From the NCBI GenBank assembly GCA_030265395.1, contig JARFYF010000001.1, forward strand, positions 46,909,250 through 46,973,249: a DNA stretch of 64,000 bases, read 5' to 3'. Positions 24,590 through 38,298 of the stretch are shown here, piece by piece (the stretch's first letter is position 1; every line of letters starts with the position of its first letter). The notes below the pieces were generated by a model, which had not been told where the DNA came from, made no database searches, and saw nothing but the letters and a program-made list of their open reading frames with translations. The stretch comes from Rhina ancylostomus. Lineage: Eukaryota. The position numbers were made by a program, and so were the translations under genes.

Positions 24590-25460
24590 GGATTTAGCCA
24601 CTCAGCCCCTTGAGTGTGCTCCACAATTCAATAACGGTCAATCTGACTGTAATCTCATTTTTACATTTACTTCTAACAAAATACTCAAAAGCTTTGCTTC
24701 CACCTCCCTTTGAGGAAAAGAATTCCAAAGACTCACAACCCTCTGAGAGCAAAGAAATTCACTTAATTTCTGTCTTTATGGGCAACTCCTTGTTTTTAAA
24801 CAGTGACAGCTAGTTCTAGAGTCTCCCACAAGAGGCAATTTCCTCTCAGCAATCCTGCTTTGAAGACCCCTTAGGATCTTATACATTTCAATCATTCCCT
24901 CTCACTCTTCTGAACTCCAGTGAATATGAGCCTAGCCTGTTCCAACATTTTTCCTTATAAAACAACCTGAGAATTCCAGGTATTAGTCTAGTAAATCTTT
25001 CCTTAATTGCTTCCAATATATTAGCACCCTTTTTTAAGGAGACCAATAATGAATATCATACTCCGGCTGAGATCTTACCACTGCCCCATAGAACCAAAGC
25101 AAAATCTTTCTACTTTTATATTCAATTCACCTAGCAATAAACAATAACATGGCATTCTCTTTCCTGCTTGAAATACCTGCATTCTAGCCTTTTGTGGGTC
25201 ATGCATTAGGACAGTGAGACCCCTCTGCACCTCAGAGCTTTGCAATCCCTCACCACTTAGATAATATATTATTTATTTTTTTCTGCCAAAGTAGAAAATT
25301 CTACATTTTCCCACAATATACTCCATTTGCCAAATCGTTGCACACTCATTTATCTTATCTATAATCCCTTTGTAGATTTCTTTTGTCACCTTCACTATTT
25401 ACTGTCCCATCTATCTTTGTGCCATCAGCAAATTTAGCAACCATACTTTTGTTGCCTCCA
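24590..25460 (-). mobile_element. CR1 LINE fragment
   Basis: reverse strand reads KFADG-like RT motif near 25430 and CR1 3' tail near 24600. Confidence 0.75.
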
Positions 25461-25609
25461 TCCAGATCACTGTTTCAATTATGAAACAATCATTCTGGTT
25501 ACATGAAATGTAAATGTAGAGTTAAAACTATGCAAACCTTTTAAGACCAAGCCAAGTTGAAAATTAAATGTTAAAGTGAAACATAACAATCAAAGCATAA
25601 TCCACTTAC

Positions 25610-25888
25610 CAGTCACAATCAGTTTAGCTGTGCTGCTTACACTGCCACTCTGGTTTGATGCTCTGCAAGTATATTCTCCACAGTCAATAAGCTGCGGCTT
25701 CAAAAGTTTCAAGATGGAAATATATTTCTTGTTCACAATGTTATATTTTTCACTATCACGAAGTTCAGCTCTGGCTCGGAACCACTGGAATCTCACATCA
25801 GGTATAGGTTCAATCTCACATTCAAACTGAGTAGCCTGTCCAACTATCACCTCCTGTGATTCAATCTTCCTTTTGAAAGCTGGAGGCA
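25610..25888 (-). CDS. TTN: Titin Ig exon (about human exon 50)
   Basis: 279 nt; PPAFKRKIESQEVIVG..VRFQWF..DCGEYTC; donor GTAAGT. Confidence 0.96.
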
Positions 25889-26814
25889 CTGTCGATATAA
25901 ATTTGAAACAAAATGTAAGAAGATTGCAACAACAAACTCTAATTCTTTCACCATAGAGTTTAGAAGTGGCCCACTGAAACTCAAAAATGAAGGAAGAAAG
26001 GGTGGCAGAAACTAACAATCCATGGAGTGACTGTGGAGAAGAAATGATGGTTAAAAGATGTTAGCTGACCAGTGGCTGTGCTCAATGTAGTAAATTATAA
26101 ATTTCAATGCATGAAATTCAACATTTATTGACATATGTGAAGTGCATAAAAGCATGCAAGTAATTGATACAAAATGAAATGCTTTTTCCTGCAATAAAGT
26201 AGATGACAAAATGTGATATTAGGAGGAAAAAAACCCAATATTCAGTTGTCTTGTCGTTATGGAATAGTGATGGTGACGATAAATATCTGGCGTCTCCTCA
26301 AAAGTGGATATGGGGATGAAAGCAATATTGTGTTAGTAAAAACCTAAAAAGGTGCTTGATGTTAATCAATTGTTAATATCAAAATAAAAGGGGGAAAAAC
26401 TGAATAATATATTCATAGTAAGTTTTTTAAACATAGAACTAACTTTAAGTACTCCTTGTTATTGGCAGTGAAAGCATATGAAGATCACATAAATAAGAAC
26501 TAGTTTCACATTAAGTTTTAAAACATTGCTATCAAGATTTAACATTTGTAATGCATATTTTGTGAAATAAACAGATGTGGTCTTAACAGGCTTTGACGGC
26601 ATTGTATATAGATACTAAATGGGTAACACAATTACTTTTTTTACCATTAAAACATGATGGGAAAGAAGGAAGGAAACGGGAAGAACATAGTAGGAAAGAC
26701 TGAGTCATGTTAATTTATTAGCATAAACTAAAACCAAAAGTTAACTATTTTGTTAATTGAATGGATTAGACTCTGGAGTTCATATTAATAAAGATTTTAT
26801 CCCCATAATCCAAC

Positions 26815-29800
26815 CTCTTAATACAACTGTGAGTTTTGCAGAAGTAGTTGCTTTTCCTGCTTCATTCAGTGCCTCACAGATATATTCTCCTTGATGTTCC
26901 TCTTTCTGTACTTTGTTGATTATAAGTGAGTATGTGTCAAAATCTTGAAAACATTTGAACTCATTTTTTGAAGTAATTTTCTTCCCATTGATATACCAGT
27001 TTAAACTTCTCACTTTTTTTATGACTGTGCTAAATGTCACTTGGCTGCCCTCATCAGCAGTGATATCGGTAAGCCCTTTAATAATTATTGGATTGTCTTT
27101 AGTACTTTTTATTAGTGTTTTGCTTGGCATTTTCATTTTAGAAACAGGAGTAGCTAAATTTTCCTCCATTTTTTCATCTTTCTTGAGAATTTTTGTTAAG
27201 GGTTCTACTAGAACAGGCAGGGAAGAGGCATCTGTGGTAATTATCACACCACTAACATCCTTTACATGACTCATAACTTCCATTTCTCCAACTATCTCCA
27301 CAGATTTAACTTCTTGAGAAAACCCCTCTGATTTATCAATTACTACTCTTTCTTGAGATTTTGCTTTCTGATAAATAGCTTCAGCTGATTCACCCAATGC
27401 TGATTTATCCGCTGAGACTGCAGGCTGCTCTTTCCCTTTATGAGAAAACATTATAGTAGGTGCTGCTTTCTTTGGGTACTCCTGGATAATTGTAGATTGC
27501 ATTAACTCCTCAGTCTGTAATTTTAGTTCTGCCCTTTCCATCCCATACCTCCCCATACCCAAGGTATTTTCATCAGTGTTGACAGTTTCAACTATCTTTT
27601 TAGCAGGAGTGGTACTGATGCACATTTTTTCCAGCCTCTCAGCTGGCTTTGGAATTGTATCTAGCTGCTCAGCCATGAAAGCTTGCTGCTGTTCATGAAT
27701 AATAGAATGAAAAGCTGCTTTCAGTTCCTTTTGTAAGTCAGCTTTCTGAGGGTATTCTCCTTCAAAAGTCAGAGTTATATCAATTGGAGGACTGGCATTG
27801 GTAATTTGATACATATGTAAAGTGTGCTTTGGTTCCTTTTGAACTTTTAATTCCTCAATTTTCATCTCTTCTATGCAGCCCAATGAGATGGATGAAATAG
27901 CATGATGCTCACTTGCTAAAGCAGATTTAAGTGCTTCCTTGAACTGTGTACCTACATCTAAAGTGATTGCTTTGGGAATTTCAATCTTAAATGCCAGTTC
28001 TTTATGGAGTGCACCAGCTTCTTGTATTACATGGGATTGTAGTGTTTGATCTGGCTGTTTCTCCAGCTTCAGAATTGTTTGCTCTGATCTCTTAATATCT
28101 GAAGAATGTTCCTCTTCAAGAATCCGTTTTTCTTGAAGCAACAGTGGAAATCTTACTGATTGTCCCTCTTGGATCCTTACTGCAAAATCTTCTTCTGTAG
28201 CCTCTAGCACATCAGTACTTTCTATAGATATAGTCTTTTCTATAACCTGCACTGTAGCTGAAGATAATTTTGGTTCATATTTATCTTCACAGGTTGCTGC
28301 ACTAATGGCTTTGAAAATGACAAAGGAACCATCTTCAACTATTCTGCTGTCCGTTATAGTACTGAACTGTTTGACAGTGTCGTCAGGCTTAGATATTACA
28401 GCATGCTGCTCTTTTTCTTCAATTGTAAAAACTTTCTCTTTTGATTTTTGTATAGGTAGAATTACGGATGGGAGATACTTTGGTGGCAGAGGATCAGTCT
28501 TGATTTCAGAATGCAAACTTTCAATTTTCATTTCAAAGGATTTAGCTTGTTCCGCTGACAGTTCTGTCTTTTTTTCTACAACTGCAGCATTGCTGCATGC
28601 CTTCTCAAGTTTGTTCGGTGCAATATGAGCAGCTGGTTTTTCATAGGGTAATATACTTTCTTTATGAAAAATACACATTGTTTCTATATAATGAGGATAT
28701 AAAGTGGTTACATGTTCTTTTGTTGGTTTAATTTTAATGCTGTCCTTTACATCAGGTAACTGAGTTGTGTATTCATAAGGTATTAGATGCTGCTCTTCTG
28801 AGAATAATGAATGTAGAGATGTTGGGCTCTTGCTCAGATTAGCGTTCTCTTCCTTGGGTACTTCAAAAGTAAATGATGATTCTTTGGGTAGAGTACCTTG
28901 TCCCTTAACAACCTGTAAATGTAAAGGTTCCTTTCCTTTTTTTTCTGATGTCAATGAGATTGCACAATCTAACCCAAATATTATTTCAGTTTGTTCAGTT
29001 CTAAGTAGCTGTTTCTCTTCTGCAGTCAATGCCGTTTTCACAAATTTATCTTTCATTAACAAAGCTTGCTGTGTTTCAGATTTTGGCACTTTAAAGATAG
29101 ACTCCTTAGGGGTTGACTTCTGGCTTTCAGTAACACATGCCAAGAATGGTTTTGGTAATTCTTTTAATGATTTTGATTCTTTTCCAGTATCTAATGGGTG
29201 TATGCCTTTTGTAATTACATCCCCTATTTTTTTCTTCTCCATTGATATAGCTGTATAAATCTCCATTTTGCTTTCTTTTTGTATTTCACCTTTTTGTAGC
29301 TCAGGAACTTCAAACACGAACAAAGCTTCTATAGGGGGTTCTTGAAATCCTTCAACTTCGTAAGTTGCAGTTTTTGAGCTAGAAATTAGATGTTTTTTCT
29401 GTGACATACCTGTTGTACTTGTCACTGGTTTGGGAGTTGCAGCAGGCAAATCTTTAGTATTAAAGTTGACTTCCTTTAGAATTTCAGTCTTTTCCTCAAA
29501 TGTGGATAAATAAAGGGCTTGGTTTGATTGTGCTTCCTTGCTTGGTAACTTGAATACTGGTGGGCTTTTAATTGGTTCATAATGTTGCTCAGTAAAGCCC
29601 AGATTCTCCTGTGTAGTTTGAGAATGCTTTATCATCTGTTTTTTTCCTGAAATTGTTGTTTCTGCAGCAGAGATTGTCACCTCATGCAATAAGCCTGTCT
29701 CTTCACTGTGGACAGCATGTTTATCTTCAGAGGCTATCGTATACACCAATTGATCCCTATTCTGTAATTCTGCCTGAGTATCACCAGGTAATTTTACCGT

Positions 29801-30765
29801 GAATAAACGTGACTCAACAGCATGATCAGTAACAGACTTTTTGTATGTTTTAGTATGTTGCTTCTGAGCTATTTCCTGCTTTGAAAGCTCAACAGCAGAA
29901 ATATCGCTAATCACAATTAGTTCTGCAGTGCAAGTTGTATCTCCGAATGAATTAAATGCTTTGCAGGAATACAAGCCACTATCCTCCTTCTGTGCATTAT
30001 GAATAGTTAATGAACCAAAGCCACTGGAGAAGTAACTCAGGTTGTACTGCACACTCTGACAAATCTGGTGCTTTCCCTTATACCAAAGCACCTCTGGCAT
30101 TGGTTCTCCTGTCACTACAAACTCAAATTTAGCAGGCATCCCTTTTAGGCATTGCAAAGATTTAAATTCTTTGCAAAAATGTGGTGCCTCACCCCTAGAT
30201 ACATGCATGGTTTCTGCTTGTTGTACCATCATAGCTTCCTTTGACAGTGACTCTTTGCTTATCTTTTTTTCTGGCAGTTTTGCAACTGGAGGTTTTGCAG
30301 CTGATTTCCTAAATCCTTCCCTATCTTCCTTTGGTTTGATTTTCAAATATGCACTACATGAAGTCTCACCAAGTACATTAGTAGCTGTACAGGTATATTC
30401 TCCCTCATCCGTACATTTTGTGTAAGGTATAATTAGACTATATTCATCCTTATCATAAACAAACTTGTAATTTGATGAAGGAGTCAATTTTTTACCATTA
30501 TAAAACCACTGAATAGAGGGTTCGGGCTCACTAATAGTGACAGAGAATTTAGTTACATCTTCCACAACTACCTCCATATTAGAAATACATTTGATGAATA
30601 CTGGCACAGATTTTAAAGGCTCAGCATCAGTTTTTTTATCCAATATGATCAAAGGAACTGGAGTTTCAGGCCTGAGTTCAAATGTTTTGTCAGACACATG
30701 AAGTTCACTTGTGTAGAAATCTTCCCTCTCATCTTCAGCAGCGATGATTACAGAGCTAGAAAATT
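26815..30765 (-). CDS. TTN: Titin N2B exon (about human exon 49): two Ig + ~940-aa unique sequence + one Ig
   Basis: 3951 nt, phase 1-1; starts EFSSS; DFAVRIQEGQSVRFPLLLQEK; ends EHQGEYICEALNEAGKATTSAKLTVVLR. Confidence 0.96.
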
Positions 30766-33217
30766 CTGTATAAGAAATAAGATGGTTAAATTTAGAAGGC
30801 ATGTTGATTGCGAGTATTGCTTAATACTGGAAACCAAACAAAAATCACCAGAATTATTTATATGTCATTTTGTGCAAAACTTCTTTTGTTTCAAAGGGTT
30901 CCGTTTCTTTAACAGTCTTCTTTAAATATTTATCTTCAATCTAGATATGTAAAAGGTATGTGATTGTGCACAGAATTAGCTCAGACAATTAAGTAAGTTT
31001 TATTTTGCCTAAAACCAATTTTAATGACACAGGAAATTTGTTTTAATATACCATTTATTCATATTCATTGATTCAAAATGTGTCTCTTCTGAGTAATTAT
31101 TTGTGAATTAAAATATTCAATACATGATCAATATTTTCATGTCCTACTCAAAGTGAATAAAAAGGAGCTGTAGATTAAGGTTTGTTAGTAGTGGCTGGCA
31201 TCCTGCAAGTCTAGAAACACATTCCAGGGCATTCAAGATAGTAAGTGTTATTATTACATTAAAATGTACTGCATGCTACAAATTTTCAAACGACTTAAAA
31301 GTAATTTCTAATATAAGCTTTATTCCATCACTGAAATACATATTTTTCAATCAAATATATCAAATTTGATTGTTAAGTCACATCAAGAGATATCAAGACA
31401 TATTGTATTCCTACTTTTACCTTGGCAATAGCAAAATCAATGCTATAATTTTCATTATCATCAAAATAATTAAATGCTAGCTATAAACCTCTGATTTATG
31501 CTGTTAACTTCTCTTACCTAGGCAGCAATGAAATGTTAAAATGGGCTTCAGTATTTCCAAGCTATAGTAAAGGAAAACAGCCAACAGTTCCAGGTTGCTT
31601 TCTAACAATCCACACAGAGAGTGTGTGGGTATTAGTTAAGTGCAGAATGACATCCACTGTGTTGGCCTACAATCAAATTATTTCCCAACACACAAACATC
31701 AGAACTCTTAGTTCAGTAATACAAAAGGAAGCCGCTACCACCTGTAGAACCACAACTTAGTATAAGTTGCTGTCTAAAGGAGAGGTGGGATAATCAAAAG
31801 AAAATATATCTTGCATACCAGCTGTATATTTACATGATAACAGAACCAGGATTTTGTGTACATATTCGTGTACACAGCAAAATAAAATATATTCCAATTT
31901 TTAACATCAGAAACCTGTAGAAGGAATGAATAATTGCAGCATTAAATGTTTCTTCCCAATATGTGCAAGTCTTAATCTTTATACTCATCATGCTATATAT
32001 CATGTCAAATGTGGCAAATAAAACAGGGAAACAATGCATGCTTTCACACAACTAGATTGCCATACTGAGATTATCATCAGAAACATATTTATTAAAATAT
32101 TCATGCTAATATCATGAAAGGTACCCTTTTTCTCATTTTGGAATTTAAATAAATTGGCTGTGAACTTTCAGAATTAAATCCACTGAAGCTTGTTCTTTTT
32201 AAATATCATATAGTTTATATAGCTTGGACAAAAGTTGATTCATTGCAATAAAGTAACTTCACTTTAAATGTAAAATTAACAGATCACAAAATAACTATTA
32301 AATTTATCAGCAAAGATCTGACTCATAAACATACAGATACAATTTCATTATTTGCAAATTAGTCAGAGTGGATTTCCATTATTACTCTCAAAGTACTCTG
32401 AACTCATCTCTATTATGTTAAGATCTCTGGACTCACCAAATATAAAATTTTACTGCATGACTGCCAGACTAATAATTTCCAGGACCTACTAAACTCCATC
32501 ATGTCATATAATGAACCTCCTCCAAAAGCAAACATTGTAAAACACAGCATGAACCAAACTTTAAATTAATGACTCCGAACAATCTCTAAAATGTTAACCT
32601 TGAAAGACTAGCCAGAGGCATTAACAAATACAATAAATAACAAGAGAAGCAATGAATAAACCAAATTTTAAACATGTAGCCTATCGGACATATGAACCAT
32701 ACCACAGAATGGCAGAATTGTTTTTTTTGTTATGTAAGATTCCATCATAACAAATTTCCTGTCTCATTAATAAAAACATCAGAAGGACAAGTTAGAAATG
32801 GTAAAACTAAAAGTTTTTAGTTTTACCTCTGCACATTCTAGCTGCAGAGATCTGGGAATAGATTATTTTCTATTTTTGCTGAGAAATAGGAAGGAAGGTA
32901 AAAGGAGATGAGAGGACAACAGATAAAGTGGGATTATTTCTGATATTTGAAATCAGACTTGTAGAAATGCCATTTAAAAGCCACCAAAAGCAAACTTGTT
33001 TGGGCATCTACAGTATTCAATCTTAAGGCATGGATTCCCTACAAGAACTCTGACCATCTGAGAACACCTTATGACAGTTAGCATTCTTTTTTAGAAGCCT
33101 ATATCCAAATCTTTTGGTTTATCTTTCTCTCAATTGCATCACACAATATTTGGAGAGGGCACTTTCATGNNNNNNNNNNNNCAAATGATAATTTGCCCAT
33201 ATTGAATTATTCAGAGC

Positions 33218-33500
33218 AGGCACGACAGTGTAACAGTTAGCGTAATGCTATTACAGCGCCAGCAACCCAGGTTTAATTCCAACTGCTGTCTGTAAGGAGA
33301 TTGTACGTTCTCCCAGTGTCTGCATGGGTTTCCTCTGGGTGCTCCAATTTCCTCCCACATTCTAAAGATGTACAGGTTAGGAAGTTGTGCTGTCTTGGCG
33401 CCAGAAGTGCGGAGACATTTGAGGGCTGCTCCAGAACACTCTACGCAAAAGAAGCTTTTCACTGTGTGTTCTGATGTACATGTGACTAATAAAGATATCT
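33218..33500 (+). mobile_element. tRNA-derived SINE (V-SINE-like)
   Basis: ggcacgacagtgtaacagttagcgtaatgctattacagcgccagc..gtctgcatgggtttcctctgggtgctcc..aataaa. Confidence 0.8.
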
Positions 33501-34708
33501 TAAAACTTAATTCTATGGCTGTTGGTGATATTAGCAGATGAATATTTAACAGGTTTATATGACATTTCTCTGTAAAGTATTTTAATTTATACATACATTA
33601 GACCAGTTAAAATATACAGGATTAAGAATCCAATTAAAATAGTGACAGAAGATTGTCATATTAAGTAACTGTCCACCTACATAACTGACCTGAATTTTTA
33701 GTTTGTATATATAAATACTTTTCAAATCATACTTATGTCCAAATGAAAAAAATGGGAACGTAGGAACTGGAATTAATCAAATATTTCCTCAAGTTTGTTC
33801 TGCTATTTAATGAGATCAAATCCTATAGACACTGACAACTTTTGATAACAGAAATGATGAATATTATGACATAACAGCTATTGCCATCTGTAGATGGGAA
33901 TTCCATGCTTCTATTAATGCCTGCTTGTATTAGTCTTTCCATATTCATTTCTGAAAGACCTGGTTCCAATTTTGAGATTATGTCCCCTCATCCTAGATTA
34001 CCCAAATCCAAGCACAGTCTCTATCAACCTATTCAGTTTGCCTTGGTATTTTGAAATACATCATAGTATTAAACAAGAAATAAAGGAGCAAGAACTAGAT
34101 GGAACTAAGTTGCAGTAATTCAGGTGTGTGGCTTCATATTTTACTCACAACATTAAATAATACAACCAAAAGGGAGAAACTTATATCTGATGGAGGATAT
34201 ACAATATAAATTGAAAAAAAATTCCAAGTGCATATAAAATGAAAATTCTGCTACAGTTTATGTAAAAAAAGTTCTGTAATTCCATAGAACTGATCTTCAG
34301 TGTGATCAGATGTAATATTATCACTGTTTAAAGAGGTTAATTATTAATTGTTTAGCTACTGAATATAAGTTCCCTAAAGTTATTAATATTTTTCAATGAA
34401 GTAGTCTTAATAGCAAGACCTTTTCATGTCCTTAATCCAAAGCAATCACGATTTTATACTTGGTATATTTCAGCTAATATTTTAAACATTTAGAAAGAAG
34501 TTTTGCTACCAATGCACCACTCCAGCGTAAAACTAAGAAATTTTTCAACAATATTTTTCAGCAATATCAAATATCGTTCTCAACATTAAGATCAATTAAA
34601 TTTTCGCACTTGAAATTAACACATCCCTAAACATGCTACGTATGGAAAATATCAAAAGCGTCAAAATTTGTCATTATTCTAAATATATAAAAGACATTCA
34701 GAAGTGTT

Positions 34709-37700
34709 TTACGCATAAAATACTTCTAAATCAGCAAATGTGACTGCATTTCCAGCTTTGTTAACAGCTTTGCACTTGTAGACTCCAGCATCACTTTCTG
34801 TAACACTTACAATGTTCAAATAATGTTGCCCAGAATCTTTTTCCCCAATGATGTAATTGGTGCCTTCAAGTATTCTGTCATTCCAATACCAATTTACACT
34901 AGGTTTCGGAGTACCAGTCACAAAGCATTGAAAAGATGCCGTGTTCCCTATGGCTGTGTTGCAGTCAAGAAGAGAAATCACAAACTTGGGTGGAATTTCT
35001 GTTACTTGAAATTCAAATGAACATGTTTCAGAAGCCTCTGCTTTAAACTGAATAGTCTCATCTTTGGCAGGTTCAGCAAATACATCAAAATTGATATTCA
35101 CACACTTTTCTCCTTTTTCTTTACTTCCGTTCTCTGTTACAGCGACAAGTTTCACAGATTTCTGAGAATCATCTCTACCTTGCTCAAATTCAAACTCAAC
35201 CTCAAATTCTGAACTCTGATTGTCACATAGCAAAGAATCACCAACAACAACATCTAATTCCTGTGAACGTTCATGAACACCACCCAGTGACAAAGCAGCT
35301 ACAGCTCTACCACTTGCTTTTGTTAGTGCCATGTTTGAGCTTGTTACTGCAAGATAACCTCTACATGTTGCTTCTCCAACACTATTCACTAATTTGCAAC
35401 TGTATATGCCACTGTCAGAAGGACAGACATTAGTTATTTTAAGACTATGATTAGAATTATCTCTTCTAATGTATTTCCCACCATCTACTGTTATACACAA
35501 ATCATCTTTGAACCACACTATTTCTGGAAGAGGAATACCTGCCACAGAACATTCAAAAACTGCATCGGTGTTTTCTGGAATATCAAGATCAAAAACATGG
35601 CTAATAAATCGTGGGGGCATTTCAGTGACTTCTAAATCAATTTTCACATCTTCATTTTCTTTTGCTGTTAGGTCTATATTATGCTCATCAGCAATCATCA
35701 TAGGAAGGACATCTAGTGAGATGATCATATTTTTATTGTCAGGAGTGAATTCAGGAATAGTAATAATTTTTATCTGTTTTTCAAATTCCTTCACTTCATG
35801 TTCATCAAGTTCAACTTCCAGAAGAATTTCTTGAGGTGAAGGAGATCTTGATGTTTGTCCTTGCTGCACATCAAATTCTATGACATGTTGATGAGTCACA
35901 GGCGGTGGTAATGCAACTAACCTTGTATCTTGTGCTACAACATCCACCTGAGCAATACTTTTGGCTTCTCCTACAATGTTTACAGCAATGCAAATATACT
36001 CTCCTTCATCTTCTTTTTGCATGCTATGAATCACTAATATACACAAATTTCCTTCCCTTTCTAGTCTAATTTTGTGATTTGGCTCTAATAACGATTTTCT
36101 TCTATACCACTTAACATCTGGAATTGGGCAACCAATTACTTCCGTAATAAATGTAAGTGAGCCTCCTTCGTGAATCCTTTTTCTACTAAGGGGTTTAATA
36201 AATGCAGGAGGCATTTCATTTCCTTTTGCTTCAGCTTCCTGTGGAGGAGTTGAAAATGCCTCCGATCTTTGCTCTTCAGTAGTTAAACTTGAACATTCAA
36301 TAGGTGTTGTTTCAATACCCTCATCTACTGGTGATCTAAAATAGGCTGGTGGTGTGTAAAACCTCTCTAGTAAAGTATTAGGAGGAGATCTACCCACAGC
36401 ATTAAGTGATGGCAATCTTTCTTCTGGAGTCACATAGCCAGGTGATTGAGGTGGGGTATGGAAGGACTCTGCAGATACAGCAGATCTGAAATTTTCAGAA
36501 GGCAAGGGTGGAGTATAAAATCTTTCATTCTCTGCTACTTCATCGCTAACTGTACTACTAATTTCAATTGACATTTCAGATTCAGGGGAAAGGGACCGTG
36601 TCCATTCTTCAGTTTGATTATAATAGTCATAAACAGCAGAAAATGTTACTTCTTCAACTTCCATTGAAGTTATTCCAGATTCATCATGCTGAAATGCCTC
36701 ATTATTTTCCCAATCATGAATTGGTGCTTCTTCCTGCCTTGCAGCAAGGAGATATTGCGCAATGGAAACATTTTCACTTGTCTCATCCTTCTTAGAAAAT
36801 GTTTCTGCTGAATCTACACTTACATCACAATTGGTTTTCTGAAACACTGAGTTACTTAACTCCATCTCTGATGTATTTTCTCCTACTTCTCCTTTATTAC
36901 TTTCAACAACTTGCTTAATTCTGCTTTCTGAAAATAAACTATCTTTATACATTTCTCCTAAAAATACACACTTGCTGCCTTTTACTTCGGTTTCTTCATT
37001 CATCTTCTGTACTTCAGATAACTTCTGATTTTTATCAAGACAGCGTAAATATTGGCTGATGGAACATGCATCTTCTATTGTTTTTTCTGTTTTTTGCCCT
37101 GTCACATCTGAATTTCTAATCATTGTATTATTAACCACCTCTAAAGATGGGCATTCATTTGGCAATTCAACAGCAAAGTCAGTCGATGATTCTGTGACTA
37201 TTTTATTATTTTTCTCTCTTAAAGATGAACTGTTACTTAAAAATTCATTATCAAAAGAACTCAATGAGCCTAATACAACTTCACTGCTCTCTTCCTTTAA
37301 AGGTGAAGCTTTACTTGAAATTCCATCTGCATTAGGTGGAAGAAAATCACCAATTTCAGAATTAACGGGAATTGCTTTTTTTTCTGCACTAAATGTAAGA
37401 GAATTATTCCTGTTTCCTTTCTGACAATGCTGCTCAATATCTTCACCCTGGCCCATTTTACTTAGATTATGTAAAAAGCAGCTAACAGATGATTCTGTTT
37501 CTTCATCAGAAGACTCTATATCTTTCAGGTGGTAAATGAAACTATGCATTACAGGTTCTATTGTGAGATGAGATATACACTGTACTTCCCCACCTTTATT
37601 CTTAGCAATGCATTTATAGTTTCCCACATCAGATTCTGAAACACCATTAATATACAATCTATAGGTTCCTCCGCTCTCTTCAAATTGGTACTTGCTCATA

Positions 37701-38199
37701 TCACAAGGTAAAACTCTATCATTTTGAATCCATGTAACAACAGGTTTTGGCTCACCAGAAATCAGACATTCAAATATCACTGTTTCTCCTTCTGTACAAC
37801 AAATCTTATCTAACTCTTTTACAACTCGTGGAGGTTCACAAATTACATCAAAAGAAAATTTAAATTTATGTTTTGTAGACTGAGCGGAGGGTTCTCGAGA
37901 TGAATCTGTGGAATCAACCTCATCTACTTGAAATAACTCGCTCCTTTCTTCATCTTGCTCTGGTGTTGGAGTTGGAGCAGTTATTTTAATTTCAACAGGA
38001 GAAGAAAGAGTAGAAAAACTCATTGGATGTGGTTGGGGTACTGAAACTTTTGGTATTTGCAGGGTGGATTTTATTAGTGGAATGGGTGGAAAATAAGACT
38101 CAACTTCCTTTTCCTCATCATCATTTTCAGTGTAGTTCTCTAGTGTTTCTGTCACATGTAGATTAAATATTTTCATTGATTCTTCAAACAGCCCAGTAT
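34709..38199 (-). CDS. TTN: Titin Novex-3, second and terminal exon (four Ig domains, stop TAA)
   Basis: acceptor ttttccag|AT; ITSMEVEEVTF, LPPPVTHQHV, NEMPPAFIKPL match Novex-3; stop at 34709-34711. Confidence 0.95.
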
Positions 38200-38298
38200 C
38201 TGGAAAATGAAAAAAATACTTAAATTATGATTTTCAATTATCTCATTGCAAAATATTTTAAGAAAATAATTACAAAACTAAAGTATAATGAATTTTAC

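Noticed and set aside
32000-34708. Novex-3 polyadenylation site
   Set aside because: No canonical AATAAA seen on the minus strand until about 32090; only variants (e.g. ATTAAA near 33808 and 33583), so no site can be called.
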